Positions 1 to 11,503 of a stretch of DNA of 64,000 bases are shown here, piece after piece (within the stretch, counting starts at the first letter, position 1; each line of letters starts with the position of its first letter). Where the stretch lies: positions 98,390 to 162,389 of the forward strand of contig BCKZ01000017.1 of assembly GCA_001600815.1 (NCBI GenBank), in the 5' to 3' direction. Origin of the DNA: Alloascoidea hylecoeti (taxonomy: Eukaryota). The position numbers and the translations under genes were made by a program. Under the pieces are notes generated by a model. The model saw only the letters and a list, made by a program, of their open reading frames with translations, was not told where the DNA came from and made no database searches.

Positions 1-743
1 GAGTTATTTCTGGATTTCATGTTCTGCACACCGTTTATACTCAACGTCGCGATATGCTCATCGGATTCATTAGCTTCCATTTCTCTATTAGGCGGACCAT
101 ACAATTCTTCAGGTTCCAGTTCGTCTTCGGACTCATCAGCATCCATAGCTTCTGCCTCCAATTCGTCTTCATTAACAAAATTGGGAAAGGCTTGGTGCCA
201 GTTAANCGTTGAAGTGTCGAGCCCAATTACATTTCCCATATTTGATACTTCAATTGGGTTCGGGCCCTGCATATTTTGGGGCGCTTCAATGGGGTGGATG
301 GGAATCTTTGATTAGCACTGGTGCTTGGTGACGGGTCGATGATTGTATTGACTGAATATGTGAGTGTAATGGTGGGTTTTAATTGCTTCCTTTGACGTTC
401 CCGAGCCTTGTTTATTCTTCCACGAGCTCTCTTTTCCTCAAGNTTACGAGCTTGCCATTGATGATACATGTTCAAGTCCATTATTATTGTTGTTGGACAC
501 TTATTTAAGTTTAAGTTTAGTTAGCACTTTCGGGTGTAAGGGTGTTTGGAAGCTTTAAATTTTGGAAAATTTTATTCATTGAGATTTATCATATACAGAC
601 GCATTCCCGACGACAACGCATGCAGGTGACTTTTGCATGGATCCAAATTTTTCCAACGCACTACTTCTTGTTGACAAACACAAGAGTGGATATCAAACAT
701 TCAGTATCGTATCTTAAGGCCGCCTCTACACGCAGCTATAGTG
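1..743 (-). mobile_element. Possible terminal part of a DNA transposon (CACTA-like end) with a disrupted acidic ORF running off the left edge
   Basis: Visibly more GC-rich than the flanks. The minus-strand ORF starts at ATG 481 and changes frame near ~315 into an open acidic frame (NEDELEAEAMDADESEDELEPEE) that continues past position 1; the region has two N bases. The minus strand reads CACTATAG from 743, and ACGCA motifs recur at ~599-735. No transposase motif seen. Confidence 0.25.
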
Positions 744-2396
744 ATTATCCAAACCACTATCACAAATTAAACTGTGTTAACGTTAGTTGCTACCTAGTTC
801 ATTTTTATTGATGATAACTCTTTATTTCTTGTAGAATCAGTATACTCTTTTATTTATCTATGTAGAGAACTAACTTTATACCGGTGTACACTAAAAGATA
901 TCATCAACCATAGTATTATGAAACATGAACTACAAATTTTAAGACCTTTGAAGAACCCAGGAGTACACACCTCACACTGTTCATTATTCCTTTCTTCGCT
1001 AGCACTTATTTCCAATTAAATAACACGACTCATAATTCCGAAACCGTCTTTGGTCGCGAAATATAACCAACAAATAACAAAACTAATAACTGTTACACTG
1101 ATCTAAAAAGAATATTTTGTTGGGGTTATTTTTATATATGATAAACACATTAAAATTTAATTGCTACATGCAAATGTGCCGTTAGATGGTAAAAATTAGT
1201 TACGCATCAGCGGCTGGCTTCACTATGTATAATAACCATATGCATATATAAAGTCTTAATTTTATGAATAAGTACAGTACATGGTGTTATTCCTATTTTT
1301 TGAAGAAGTAATCGATATCTACAAGTTTCAAGAATAATAATTGGCGGGTTTGGTGATTTTTCCAATCATAAGATTCATTAAAGAAAGGAAAAGTTGTTCA
1401 TTTTGCAACTCTCTTTGCGCATTCTAATCTCAAATATTTATGTCGTGCATGTTTTTCAAAATGCCTAAAATTATTATTCAGACAACCAATAATTTACCGA
1501 CAATTAATCACTCTAACGGAAATCAGAAGCATATATAACAAAGGATTCCACGTTTCTGCCAAACAATTTCTTGACAATTATTCATGAGCGGTATAAAAGA
1601 GAAGTATTTGTGCTATTTACCGCCAACTATTCATCCTTTTATTGTCCTTCTCAAGAGTAACGAATTTTTTGATTCGCTTGCTAAAATTACCAAAAAACAC
1701 TGTATACTGAACAGCCAAGTTCCAAACCTAGCTATGGATAATCATGCTGACAGATATAACAAGTTGACTCTAAAGTGTCTTAAAGTTAGAAACATCATTT
1801 ACGATGACGACTGAAGCTCCGCAGTTCGCAGTATATATACTTACAACAAACTTGTAGATAACAAGGGGATGTAAAAGTAAAGGCGAAGTTCGGAGAGAGA
1901 AAAGGCAGCTGCTAATCATGATATCATGATGCCTGGAAGGAAGGAGGGTTGAGATGTTTTAGCATATGTGATTATGAGTCAGGAGATGGATTTGGAGGGA
2001 TATCTATACCGTGAAGTTCAGCGTGAACATTCTGGAAGTGGATAAATGATAAGTTTATAATTATCTAGCATACTGTATTTTCGGACTCCACCATTGTTAG
2101 GATTTCCGATCGATTGCAATAATGAGAATGAAATATATGACACTTTAGCCTCTCCTTAACCCTATGTGGTTATATGATAGCTTTTAATAGAAGATTATCA
2201 TACATACATGATATCATGGGGTCAACGTAGATATTTCATGGCATATGAATCATATGATATATAAAAGAGTCTCGGAAGTTGTTGAATATATTGGTGTAAG
2301 ATTAAATGATAAAGAAAGCAAAAAGTTTACTCTTCACAGTCTTTTATTTCAATAATATTTTTACAACAGTCTGAATAGATCAGCAGTAATATAGCT

Positions 2397-3947
2397 ATGG
2401 TTCACAAGCCTACTACACCAATTTTATTTGATATAAGATTTAATAACGTACAAGATAACGTCATAGTTCTAAAAGGTGATGAATTAGAATCTCAGTCATT
2501 TTTATTAACAGGGAATATTGTTTTATCATTATCAGAACCCATTAAATTCAGAAATATTTCAATAAAGATAAATGGAAAATTGAAAATTAAATGGACACAA
2601 AGATATGACACAAATAGTACTTCGAGATTTGGTACGGATGATAAGTGTGGGATCTTTTATTTACCTGCTCATCACTGGGAATTCTTATACAATAAAAAAG
2701 TAGATTTATTACCGTCTCTAAGTAATAATAATTGCAATACATGTAATAGTAAATTTGGGTTTAATACTTATAATAGTATTGATGATTCATCACAATTTTA
2801 TACATATACAGAAGGGAATTATGAAATACCATTTCAAATACTTCTAGATGGATCAATTCACGAATCTATTGAGATCCAAGAATGTTGTTCAATTATTTAT
2901 AAAATTGATGCAATTATTGATTTGTTACCATTTCAACGGCCACGTTTCATAAGGTTGATACCAAATCATAATACGTTGATAACTACGAAGTATTTACGAA
3001 TAATTAGGCAAAAATCATTAATAGATTTATTATCTCTATCAAATACAACAATATCAGTTCATAACAAATGTAAAATGAAAAATGGAAACATTGCAATGGA
3101 ATATTTTTTGGATTTACAAACAAAATTAATATCAATAGGTCATGACTCAAAAATTAAATTTAATTTATCATTACTTTCATTATTAAATGGATTAAAATTG
3201 GCAGAAATTTTAGTTTCTTTAGATGAAGATATTAATTTAATTGGGATGAAGAATGATAATTTCAATAAAGGTTCTAAAACAAGGGAAATTTCAAATAAAA
3301 TTATTATTATTGATGATGAGCATGATGATGTTAACAAGTTGGATTATAAACTAAGTGATTTCTTAGAATTACCATCAAGTTTAAGTAAATGTTCTCAAGA
3401 TGTTTCAATTTCTTTGTCAAATAATTTAAAAATTACTATAAAACATCGGTTAATATTTCAAGTATCATTAATACATGATGATAATCATGTATCAAGATTA
3501 TCATTCTCAGTACCTATTATTCTATTCATTTCAACCCACTTTCCAATTGATGTTGTTAAGGATCCAGAGGAATTGGTTAACGTACATAATGATAGATTTA
3601 TTTATAAAAATTTGGATGAAGAGACATTATTTGAGTTTTCTAAATTCAAATCTCATTATGACATGAACCTAGATTTGGAATTACCTCCCCTGTACCAAGA
3701 TCACGTCTACGATCAAATTCTGGATCTTTGGAATTCAAACTCAACTGACTATAACTTAAACATCAATCAGTTACAATTAGATGAAGTCAACAATTATAAT
3801 GATACTAATTCAATGACAAGAAATAATTCCAACTCAGATGGAAATGTAAACTTGGGTATGCACATGGATTGTATTCCTTCTTACGAAATAGCCATGAAGC
3901 AAGATTTTTCTACAGGATGTTTTGAGCCAAGCCCTGGCTACACGTGA
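2397..3947 (+). CDS. Alpha-arrestin (Rod1/Rog3/CreD-like Rsp5 adaptor), 516 aa
   Basis: Arrestin-N features (LLTGNIVLSLSEP, GNYEIPFQILLDGSIHESIE, SIIYKIDA) and C-terminal PY-type motifs LPPLYQDHVYD, IPSYEIA, PSPGY. Confidence 0.85.
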   Translation: MVHKPTTPILFDIRFNNVQDNVIVLKGDELESQSFLLTGNIVLSLSEPIKFRNISIKINGKLKIKWTQRYDTNSTSRFGTDDKCGIFYLPAHHWEFLYNKKVDLLPSLSNNNCNTCNSKFGFNTYNSIDDSSQFYTYTEGNYEIPFQILLDGSIHESIEIQECCSIIYKIDAIIDLLPFQRPRFIRLIPNHNTLITTKYLRIIRQKSLIDLLSLSNTTISVHNKCKMKNGNIAMEYFLDLQTKLISIGHDSKIKFNLSLLSLLNGLKLAEILVSLDEDINLIGMKNDNFNKGSKTREISNKIIIIDDEHDDVNKLDYKLSDFLELPSSLSKCSQDVSISLSNNLKITIKHRLIFQVSLIHDDNHVSRLSFSVPIILFISTHFPIDVVKDPEELVNVHNDRFIYKNLDEETLFEFSKFKSHYDMNLDLELPPLYQDHVYDQILDLWNSNSTDYNLNINQLQLDEVNNYNDTNSMTRNNSNSDGNVNLGMHMDCIPSYEIAMKQDFSTGCFEPSPGYT

Positions 3948-4052
3948 CACTGAGCTGCATATCATAGAGTTTAAGGTACTAAACTTAAATTTAAATGTAC
4001 TAATGATCGTGAAAGATTTATTTTAGATAGATATGAGTATTTAATGAAAGTT

Positions 4053-4099
4053 AAAATCTATTAATAATTCAGATTAAAAATCTATTAATAATTCAGATT
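4053..4099. repeat. Tandem duplication of a 23-bp unit (AAAATCTATTAATAATTCAGATT x2)
   Basis: Exact copies at 4053-4075 and 4077-4099. Confidence 0.9.
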
Positions 4100-4324
4100 G
4101 AACTGATCATGATAATGTGTGTTTCTGATCTAGAGAGTGTAAGCGGTGATTGCAAATCATAAGCTTTGTATTAAGTCAGCTAGCAAGGCTGAAGGGAACG
4201 GACAAAAACCAGAAATCATAACGGGATAAGTTATCTGAAAGTTGTCTCATATTTAAACAGAAGGTTGCTAAGGAATGAATCTTTTTTTGTTTGAGGTTTT
4301 CATTAAATATGTACAAGATGATGT

Positions 4325-4636
4325 TCAAGGAGCAGCAGTTATCAAAGATATGGCGGATCCGGAAGATATGGCGGAAGATGATACGGTACTGGTGATATTC
4401 GCCGATCGTGATGTCGGCAGAGGCCCAGGAGCTGTTTGTGTATAGTAGTCATTCCCACCAACAAGATTGTTAGGTATTGTTGATACAACGCCAGATGAAA
4501 GATATACCGGCGGGATTGTTAAAATTGGTACTGGCGCTCGTGCGATCAATCGTCCAAAAAAGACACTTATTGGAGCAGCTAAACATAATGCTGAGAATAA
4601 AACAATAACTTCGATGTATTTTGAGAATAGAAACAT
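4325..4636 (-). CDS. Small putative secreted Ser/Thr/Pro-rich protein, 103 aa
   Basis: ATG start, hydrophobic signal-like N-terminus (VIVLFSALCLAAP), S/T/P-rich body, higher GC than flanks. No recognisable family. Confidence 0.45.
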   Translation of the reverse strand: MFLFSKYIEVIVLFSALCLAAPISVFFGRLIARAPVPILTIPPVYLSSGVVSTIPNNLVGGNDYYTQTAPGPLPTSRSANITSTVSSSAISSGSAISLITAAP

Positions 4637-5118
4637 ATTAAATCCTGTTTGCCGAGTTGATATAAGTGGTAATTAAAAAGTTAAGATTATATTTTCGGAA
4701 GAGTAGCAATTTATAATTTTGATCATGGGTGGCTTCTCCGAAAAATATTAACATCATGCATGAACACTAAATAGTAAATACTAAATACCCATAGCTACGT
4801 CGTATACCGATTTATTTCTATTGGTATTAAAAAAACCAATTCCATTAAATATGTGTATATGAAATAGTAGATCTTAATATTTAAAACTTGAAATACAAAT
4901 ATGAGATAAAAAATAAATAAAAGAAACATGGCGTTGAAATGATGAAACAGATATAATCCGATCAAAACCTAATGGAGCAAAATTGCTGTAAAAAATATAA
5001 TGCTTAAACTTAGATCTAGATAGCAAAGTTGAAATTGTTAAAAAACAAAAAACGTAATATTAGTTGAAAAAGAACACTGGTCTAGATTAAATGCACCAAC
5101 AATAATAATAATAGTAAT

Positions 5119-6867
5119 TCAAAGGTTTTCTTTATTCTCATCAAATTTTTGATTAGCAGCTACAAATCTTCTGCTTTTTCTAATGATGGGAGATAATCCT
5201 AATGTACAATTATTATGATTATCATTATCAAAATTCAGTAGTTTCTTCAAAGGACTTTTAAAATCATTTTCATTAAATAATTTGGTTTTATTATTATTAT
5301 CATGATAGAATGGTGAATGTGGTAACCTGCATTTATAAATATTATTAGATTTAGTATGGGGCTTTGATATTCTACAAGGTGATTGATTAACTTTATGTAG
5401 GAATCTTGTTGATGGTGAAGATGACGATGGTAATGACGACATTGCTCTTGGACTTTTTCTTGGTGTTGATAATAAACTTTGTAGACGTGTTCGTTTACTA
5501 GGTGTTTGCAGCAATGAATCTTGTGAACTTTTGAAATCAGACTCCGGCTCTGTTTCGGTTTCGGTTTCAGTTTCAGACGAAATGATTCCCTCTTTAATGA
5601 CACGAATCTTTGATGGTGTTGAAGGAGGTGTAGTCAATTGTTCTTTCTCACTTTTACTTTTACTTTTGCATTTTGATTTCTTTAAATTTCTTTTCAAATC
5701 CAATCGGGTTTGTTTTAAAAATAAATCAGGTATTTCATTCTTTAAATATTGAACCCAATCATCACAATCGGCTTCGATAAAATAATCAATATATTTATGC
5801 CAAGCACTAAAAGAAACCGAAGTTCTATTAATTAGAATAACTATCCCCCCATTTTCATGGATCTTTTTTGAAGTTGATTTAACCAATGATTTGATGCCAT
5901 CGACTTTTAAAGAAGTACCAATGATTAAAAAAACATCAGTTGATTTAAATCTACTTAAATCAGACACCAACCCTTTTGAAATTTCTTCTCCTGCTGGATG
6001 ACTTTCACCATATAAAACAATATTTGGTCTTAAAAAGCCAATTCTACTTTCTGGACATCTTTTACCAAGTTTTTTCTTTTCTAATTGTAAATTTTCACAT
6101 ATTGGACATATTGGTACTTCACCATTTTTCAGAATATTTATATCTGTTTTGGACCAAGTGGTTGTATATGAACACATGGTACAGGTTAATGTATTTATAT
6201 CACCATGTAATTGAACAACATCTAATTGTTTCCACCATTGTGTAGTTGTCATATGTTGTTGACTAATACTTGAGGATAGTACCGAAAATAATTCCTTTTC
6301 CTTTTCCTCTTGCTCTTCTTTATTCTGTTTTAATTTTTGCTGTGTAATATGATTATCAGTAATATCATCACACATTCTTTTCCCACATCCAACTTTTAAG
6401 CCTAAACATCTTTCAATACCATCTATATTTTGGGTATAACAACGAACCAACTTCCCATTTCGTTTTAATGCTTTTATAAATTTATGTGTTTCCGTTATAT
6501 TTGCAAGTTGTATACGGGAATATAATTCAGACATAAATGTACAGAAAATACTTGTTGATTCAGTTTCCCGAAATAAAGAAATATCAAATAAATCTTTACC
6601 TTTTACAATTGAGTTTGGGTATTGCGATTTGACCATATTGTATAATCCATCTGATGATCGAAAATCCTACATAAATGTTAAGTTAATTGTTAAATTTGAT
6701 AATAAATTGCCATTAATATAATCTATACTTACTGGTATTCCTGCATTACAAGATATACCTGCTCCAGTAAGAACAATTGTTTTTTTACTTTTTAATATTT
6801 TTGTTGCACATTGTGATAAATGAATTCTTGTATTTGGATCTTTTGAATTTAATTCTAGTTTAATCAT
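5119..6867 (-). CDS. HST3: NAD-dependent histone deacetylase Hst3 (sirtuin); exons 6867-6733 and 6666-5119
   Basis: Splicing a 66-nt intron (6732-6667, GTAAGT...ACTTAAC...TAG) restores TGAGISCNAGIP|DFRSSDGLY. Also YTQNIDG, QLHG, CxxC...CxxC, RPNIVLYGE and GTSLKVDG, as in Hst3. Confidence 0.93.
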
Positions 6868-7638
6868 TTTTAATTTTATCAATATTTTTATATTTCAATT
6901 CTGTTTTTTCTGTATCTCAGGGGTTACTCTATTTTTCTTTACCCTTATCCAATTATATCCCCGCTATTGTTTTTGTGTCGGAAAATAAGATGATATAATA
7001 ACACTCAATAAACAAGTAAATTTTATAAATTTAAATTATTCGGGGAGATAACAACAATAACCTATTATTATCTTTCTTGAATTTATATTAATTTATTTCG
7101 ATCGTTTGTTTATTTGTTACACTAATACCATTAAATTTGTGTAAAATCTTTGAATTCAAAATCTATTATCAAATTGAGTTTCTTAATTCTTTTATAATCT
7201 TCTTGAAATATATTTTTCGTTATGTCTCGTCTACGAATTAATCTGTGTAGATATTTATTCCATAAGGATCGAGAGAATTGAAAGAAGAAAAACAGCGGAA
7301 GAATGAAACTAAAAATGTTATGTCGCGTTTTTGATATTGTAGTGGGCGTTTGGGTGTTTGGAATATAAGATAACCGATACAATTCAAGCAATGAATAAAT
7401 ATAAATCAATAACGGTATATTAATATTAATATTGATATGTTAATGGTGAGATTTCCTGTCTTTTATATTTATATTTATTTATATATTTAAAAGTTTTCTT
7501 CTTTTTTTAATTTTCATGTTTTAATTTTGAAACCCATCTTTATTTATTTATTTCCTAATATGGATCACGACGTTCCCAAGACAACACACTATGTAAACCT
7601 ATTTAATGTATCAAAATTTCCATTATTGCTATGTATTA

Positions 7639-9711
7639 TTACTGTTGTTGACTATTAACAGCCAATTCCATGATTAATCTTGTAGCTAAATGTAAAAAAG
7701 GATATGCTGAAAATGTGGATATCTCATCTTCTTTTTCTTTTTCCGTCATATTTGGATCAATTAATTTCGGAATTGTTGCAATTGAAGTTGAAGTTGATGA
7801 TTCCCAACCATCAAATTTAAAATCAACAAGGTAATTATTTGGTTCAATTTGATATAATTGAATTTGCATTTTCATATAGTCTGAAGAGTAAGGATGTGAA
7901 TTCAATTCATTGTCATTGTCATTATCATCAGTTGAAAATGGAACCGTAATTGGGTTTGGGTTTGGATTTGAATTCGGGACTGGAGGGGTATATTTCCACC
8001 TAACATGGATTGTCCACAATTCTTGATCATTAGGTTTTGTCCAAACAGCCCCTAAACTTTTTAATGCTCTATATATTTCTCCCATTACATCCAAAGGATA
8101 CGATCTACTTCTTATACCGAAATGCCATCTTGTTTTTGATTTTTTGATACTGATTTGAGAGATCTTTTTAATGTCTTTTAATTTTGGACTATCAGCATAC
8201 ATTTCAATCATTTTTTCGCGATGATATGAAGGTAATGACGTCTGTAAAGTTTGAATTTTCGATTCAAATGGTTGAGGATTTGAAGTTTGTGATAATTGCA
8301 TTGACATTGGCAAATGATGACCATCCATTGATACACTTTGATGACGATCATAATGGTGATGATGACTACTATGAATGCCATCGTCAGGATTTTCTAGATT
8401 CTGTGATGAATCGTCATCTTCATTATAATCAGATGCATTCATGACATTATTAAGTTTGCTTCTTAATTCATCTGCCATGATTTTATTTTCCTGAACCAGT
8501 TGATAAGCATCTCTAATTTGACTATCATTTTCTTGACAATTACTATTTGTTCGACTTAATGCTTCATACACTTCTTCTTTATTATAACCCATCGTCTCTC
8601 TTAATGCACCAACAACGGAATCATCAATTGCAAGTGCTTTATTTGAAACTTCCTTTTGTTGCTTCAATTGAGCAGTCACTGGTAATAAATAATCAGGTAA
8701 ATCTATCTTAAACCACGGATCATTCATGATTTCATAAACAGTTATTCTACTTAATGGGTTAACAACTAACATTCTTGTTAATAAATTTTTAGCTCCATTT
8801 GATAAGAAATTTGGTATTGCATAATGACCAGTACTTATTTTTTTAAATAAGGCGGGGATAAATTCATCATCAAATGGTAAACGACCACATAGCATTACAT
8901 ATAAAATAACCCCACAACTCCAAACATCAACTTCTGGGCCAGCGTATAATTTCCCAGATATAACTTCAGGGGCAGCATAATTTGGAGATCCACAGCTTGT
9001 TTTTAAAAAATTTCCATCAATCATTATGTTTGATAAACCAAAATCACCAATCTTAACATCAAGATTATCATCAAGGAATAAGTTTTCAGGTTTTAAATCA
9101 CGATGTACGATCTTATGTCGATGACAGTAATCAATAGCAGAAATGATCTGCTGGAAAAATCTGCGTGCTTCAGATTCGTTCATTTTCCCATTTGTTACGA
9201 TATAATCAAATAATTCTTTACCAGCAAATTCGATAACCATTATAATTTCATATTTTGATTTTATGACATCGTATAATTTGATAATATGAGGATGGCTCAA
9301 TAATCGTAAGTATGAGATTTCTCGTTCAATTCTACCTTGCATATCAGATTTTGCTAGAATTTTCCGATTTATAATTTTTAAAGCAACTTTTTGATTTGTA
9401 TTTACATGATAAGCTAGTTTAACTTTCCCAAATGAACCTTCTCCTAAAGTTTTGATGATTTGATATTTACCTATTCTACCTAATGAAGATTTAGAGTTTT
9501 GGGAATCTGTACTGTCACTTGTAGTTGTAGTTGTAGTTGTAGTTGTAGTAGTAGATGATTCATTACTACCATTACTACTACCATTTCCATTACCACGAGA
9601 GGTAGAACGATGATGGTGGTGATGGTGATGATGATGTGAACGGCTTTTAGATTCCTGAGATTGTGAAGAAGTAGAAGATTTCAGAGAATCATTGTCATTA
9701 ATTGAAGACAT
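7639..9711 (-). CDS. SNF1: AMP-activated protein kinase catalytic subunit Snf1, ~690 aa
   Basis: N-terminal poly-His tract, kinase domain (LGEGSFGKVK, HRDLKPEN, DGNFLKTSCGSPNYAAPE), UBA-like region, C-terminal KTRWHFGIRSRS and PFLHLATRLIMELA. Start placed at ATG 9711 (MSSINDND). Confidence 0.97.
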   Translation of the reverse strand: MSSINDNDSLKSSTSSQSQESKSRSHHHHHHHHHRSTSRGNGNGSSNGSNESSTTTTTTTTTTTSDSTDSQNSKSSLGRIGKYQIIKTLGEGSFGKVKLAYHVNTNQKVALKIINRKILAKSDMQGRIEREISYLRLLSHPHIIKLYDVIKSKYEIIMVIEFAGKELFDYIVTNGKMNESEARRFFQQIISAIDYCHRHKIVHRDLKPENLFLDDNLDVKIGDFGLSNIMIDGNFLKTSCGSPNYAAPEVISGKLYAGPEVDVWSCGVILYVMLCGRLPFDDEFIPALFKKISTGHYAIPNFLSNGAKNLLTRMLVVNPLSRITVYEIMNDPWFKIDLPDYLLPVTAQLKQQKEVSNKALAIDDSVVGALRETMGYNKEEVYEALSRTNSNCQENDSQIRDAYQLVQENKIMADELRSKLNNVMNASDYNEDDDSSQNLENPDDGIHSSHHHHYDRHQSVSMDGHHLPMSMQLSQTSNPQPFESKIQTLQTSLPSYHREKMIEMYADSPKLKDIKKISQISIKKSKTRWHFGIRSRSYPLDVMGEIYRALKSLGAVWTKPNDQELWTIHVRWKYTPPVPNSNPNPNPITVPFSTDDNDNDNELNSHPYSSDYMKMQIQLYQIEPNNYLVDFKFDGWESSTSTSIATIPKLIDPNMTEKEKEDEISTFSAYPFLHLATRLIMELAVNSQQQ

Positions 9712-9908
9712 TATTACTATAAATGTTTGTAGACTGTAAGTGCAAACCTTATTTAGCCAGCAAAATAACAATTGAGAAAACACACAAATGAAAAATGCAG
9801 CACAAAAATATAGCAGAAGAAATGAAAAATAAAAATATAAAAATATAATAAATAAAAGTTTCATTTATTAACATTTCCAATAGATTTTCAGGGGATGACA
9901 GAGTGTTT

Positions 9909-9916
9909 CCGGGTAA
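9909..9916. promoter_or_regulatory. Reb1-type site CCGGGTAA upstream of SNF1
   Basis: Exact match to TTACCCGG (reverse strand), ~200 bp upstream of the SNF1 ATG. Confidence 0.55.
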
Positions 9917-9932
9917 CCATATATAACAGAGA

Positions 9933-10721
9933 TTATCTGTAGTAAACGCGTTCTTTTCTTCTTCGTGAATATTCTTCTTCACTTCCACTTCCACTTCCAT
10001 CGTCTCGTTCTCGTTCTCGTTCTCTGGGACGATACGAACGTTCTCGATCATGTGTTCTGCGGCGGCGTCTGTAATCGTCATAGTCGTGGTGGTATTCATT
10101 TTTTTCTCGTTCTCGGTATCTTGATCTGGGGTCAGTCGTCGAGTGTCGATGTCGTTCACCACTTCTATCTCTCGATTCTCTTACTTCTCTCCGTTGTTTT
10201 CTTTCTAGTTCAAGTTCTCTTCGTTTCTCTTGGATCAGTTGTTCTGGAACACCATCGCGGTCTAACTGGGCTGATAATAATAAATCCCATAATTCAGTAC
10301 AAAATTTCGATGCTTCTTCAGGGATGAACTCTCGTAATTGTAGTTGGATTGATTTTATATTCGGCTGAATGAGTTAAATTTATTAGTTTGATTTATCGTG
10401 ATTGAAAATTTATATACTACTTAGTACTTACATATTGTGCCTGCTTTAATAATTCCAAAACAAAGTCAATTGTGATATCATCATCCGGTAAATATTCATT
10501 TAACTATAATATATTCAAAAGTTGTTAATATGATTTACTTTTGTAGTACAATTTGTATTTTTATAGCTTACCTTCTTACCAACCCAAGTTTCCATTATAG
10601 CCTCATTCACTTTACTTAAATCGACTTTTTCATCAAAAGAAGCAGGATATTTATATTTTGTGAATTCCCTTTGTTCGCTTTTTGAAACTTCAACATTTGT
10701 CGTTAGGAAGTTCTTAAACAT
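9933..10721 (-). CDS. PWI-domain splicing factor with Arg/Glu/Ser-rich tail (SRRM1/SRm160/Pwi1-like); exons 10721-10572, 10503-10432, 10364-9933
   Basis: Not called as one ORF in the track. Introns 10571-10504 (GTAAGC...TATTAAC...TAG) and 10431-10365 (GTAAGT...AACTAAT...CAG) join YPASFDEKVDLSKVNEAIMETWVGKK|LNEYLPDDDITIDFVLELLKQAQY|PNIKSIQLQLREFIPEEASKFCTELWDLLLSAQLDRDGVPEQLIQEKR (PWI domain), then an RE/RS-rich tail ending at TAA 9935-9933. Confidence 0.88.
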
Positions 10722-10959
10722 CGGTAATAATTATAAATTTATAATGGTGTATTTCAAATTTATAGATATTTGATGTGATGATATGTACTGCAGTCTGTTA
10801 TTTACTCTATCATGATTTTATTCCCAACTCCATTTAAATATACTCAATTATCTGGCAGTTTCTATGGATTTTTGTAGGTGAACTACTCGAATACTCATAT
10901 TCAAAAACTTAATTAAAAAATTAAAAATGCCATCCAATTATAATTTTTTTTTTCCCTTT

Positions 10960-11135
10960 AAAATTTTGCAATGTGTCTATTTACCTCCCTATTCACCGGA
11001 CCTAAATCCGATTGAGCTATTTTGGGCAGCATCAAAATCTCGTGTTAAACGTGAGCTTGTTGATAAAGAGGAGGAATTAATTGAAAAATCGTGATGCTGT
11101 GAAAACCATACTAATAGAATATTATAAAACTTTTT
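10960..11135 (+). mobile_element. Tc1/mariner/IS630-family transposase C-terminal relic
   Basis: From 10978 reads YLPPYSPDLNPIELFWAASKSRVKRE, the diagnostic DDE third-motif region, then a frameshift and truncation at ~11135. Confidence 0.85.
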
Positions 11136-11430
11136 GGGAAAATAGTTAATTAACTCCCACACAGAACGCTAATTAATTATTGTACATATCACCAATTACT
11201 TTTTACAGAAAGCGCCAATTAAAATCCAAGGATAAGTCTAATTAATTTTCAGCAATATCGCCAATAATTTTCGCACAAATCACTAGTTAATTTTCAAATA
11301 AGTGGCTAATTAATTATTCCTACGGATCGCTAAATAATTTTATAGAATAGCCCTAATTAATTTACGTAAATAACGCTAATTAATTCTCAGAAATATCGCT
11401 AATTATTTACGAAAATAGCGCTATTAATAG
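11136..11430. repeat. 13-unit degenerate tandem array, ~23-bp period, conserved core CGCTAATTAATT with variable ~11-nt spacers
   Basis: Core starts at 11144, 11167, 11190, 11213, 11236, 11259, 11281, 11304, 11328, 11351, 11374, 11397 and 11419 (spacing 22-24 bp, mostly 23). Confidence 0.9.
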
Positions 11431-11503
11431 GTGGAAGGACTATCGTATGAGCTGTTGAAAATAGCATTGACTAAATTTGCAACTAGAAAAGATAAACATC
11501 CCT

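Noticed and set aside
9712..10327. 51-aa N-terminal extension of SNF1 and ORFs 9749-10162 and 9965-10327
   Set aside because: The extension is a low-complexity hydrophobic read-through of T-rich promoter DNA; the other two are alternative-frame or antisense shadows of the PWI gene's last exon.
11136..11430. CRISPR array interpretation of the repeat-spacer pattern
   Set aside because: Eukaryotic context, a degenerate core of only ~12 nt, spacers of only ~11 nt, and no cas genes.
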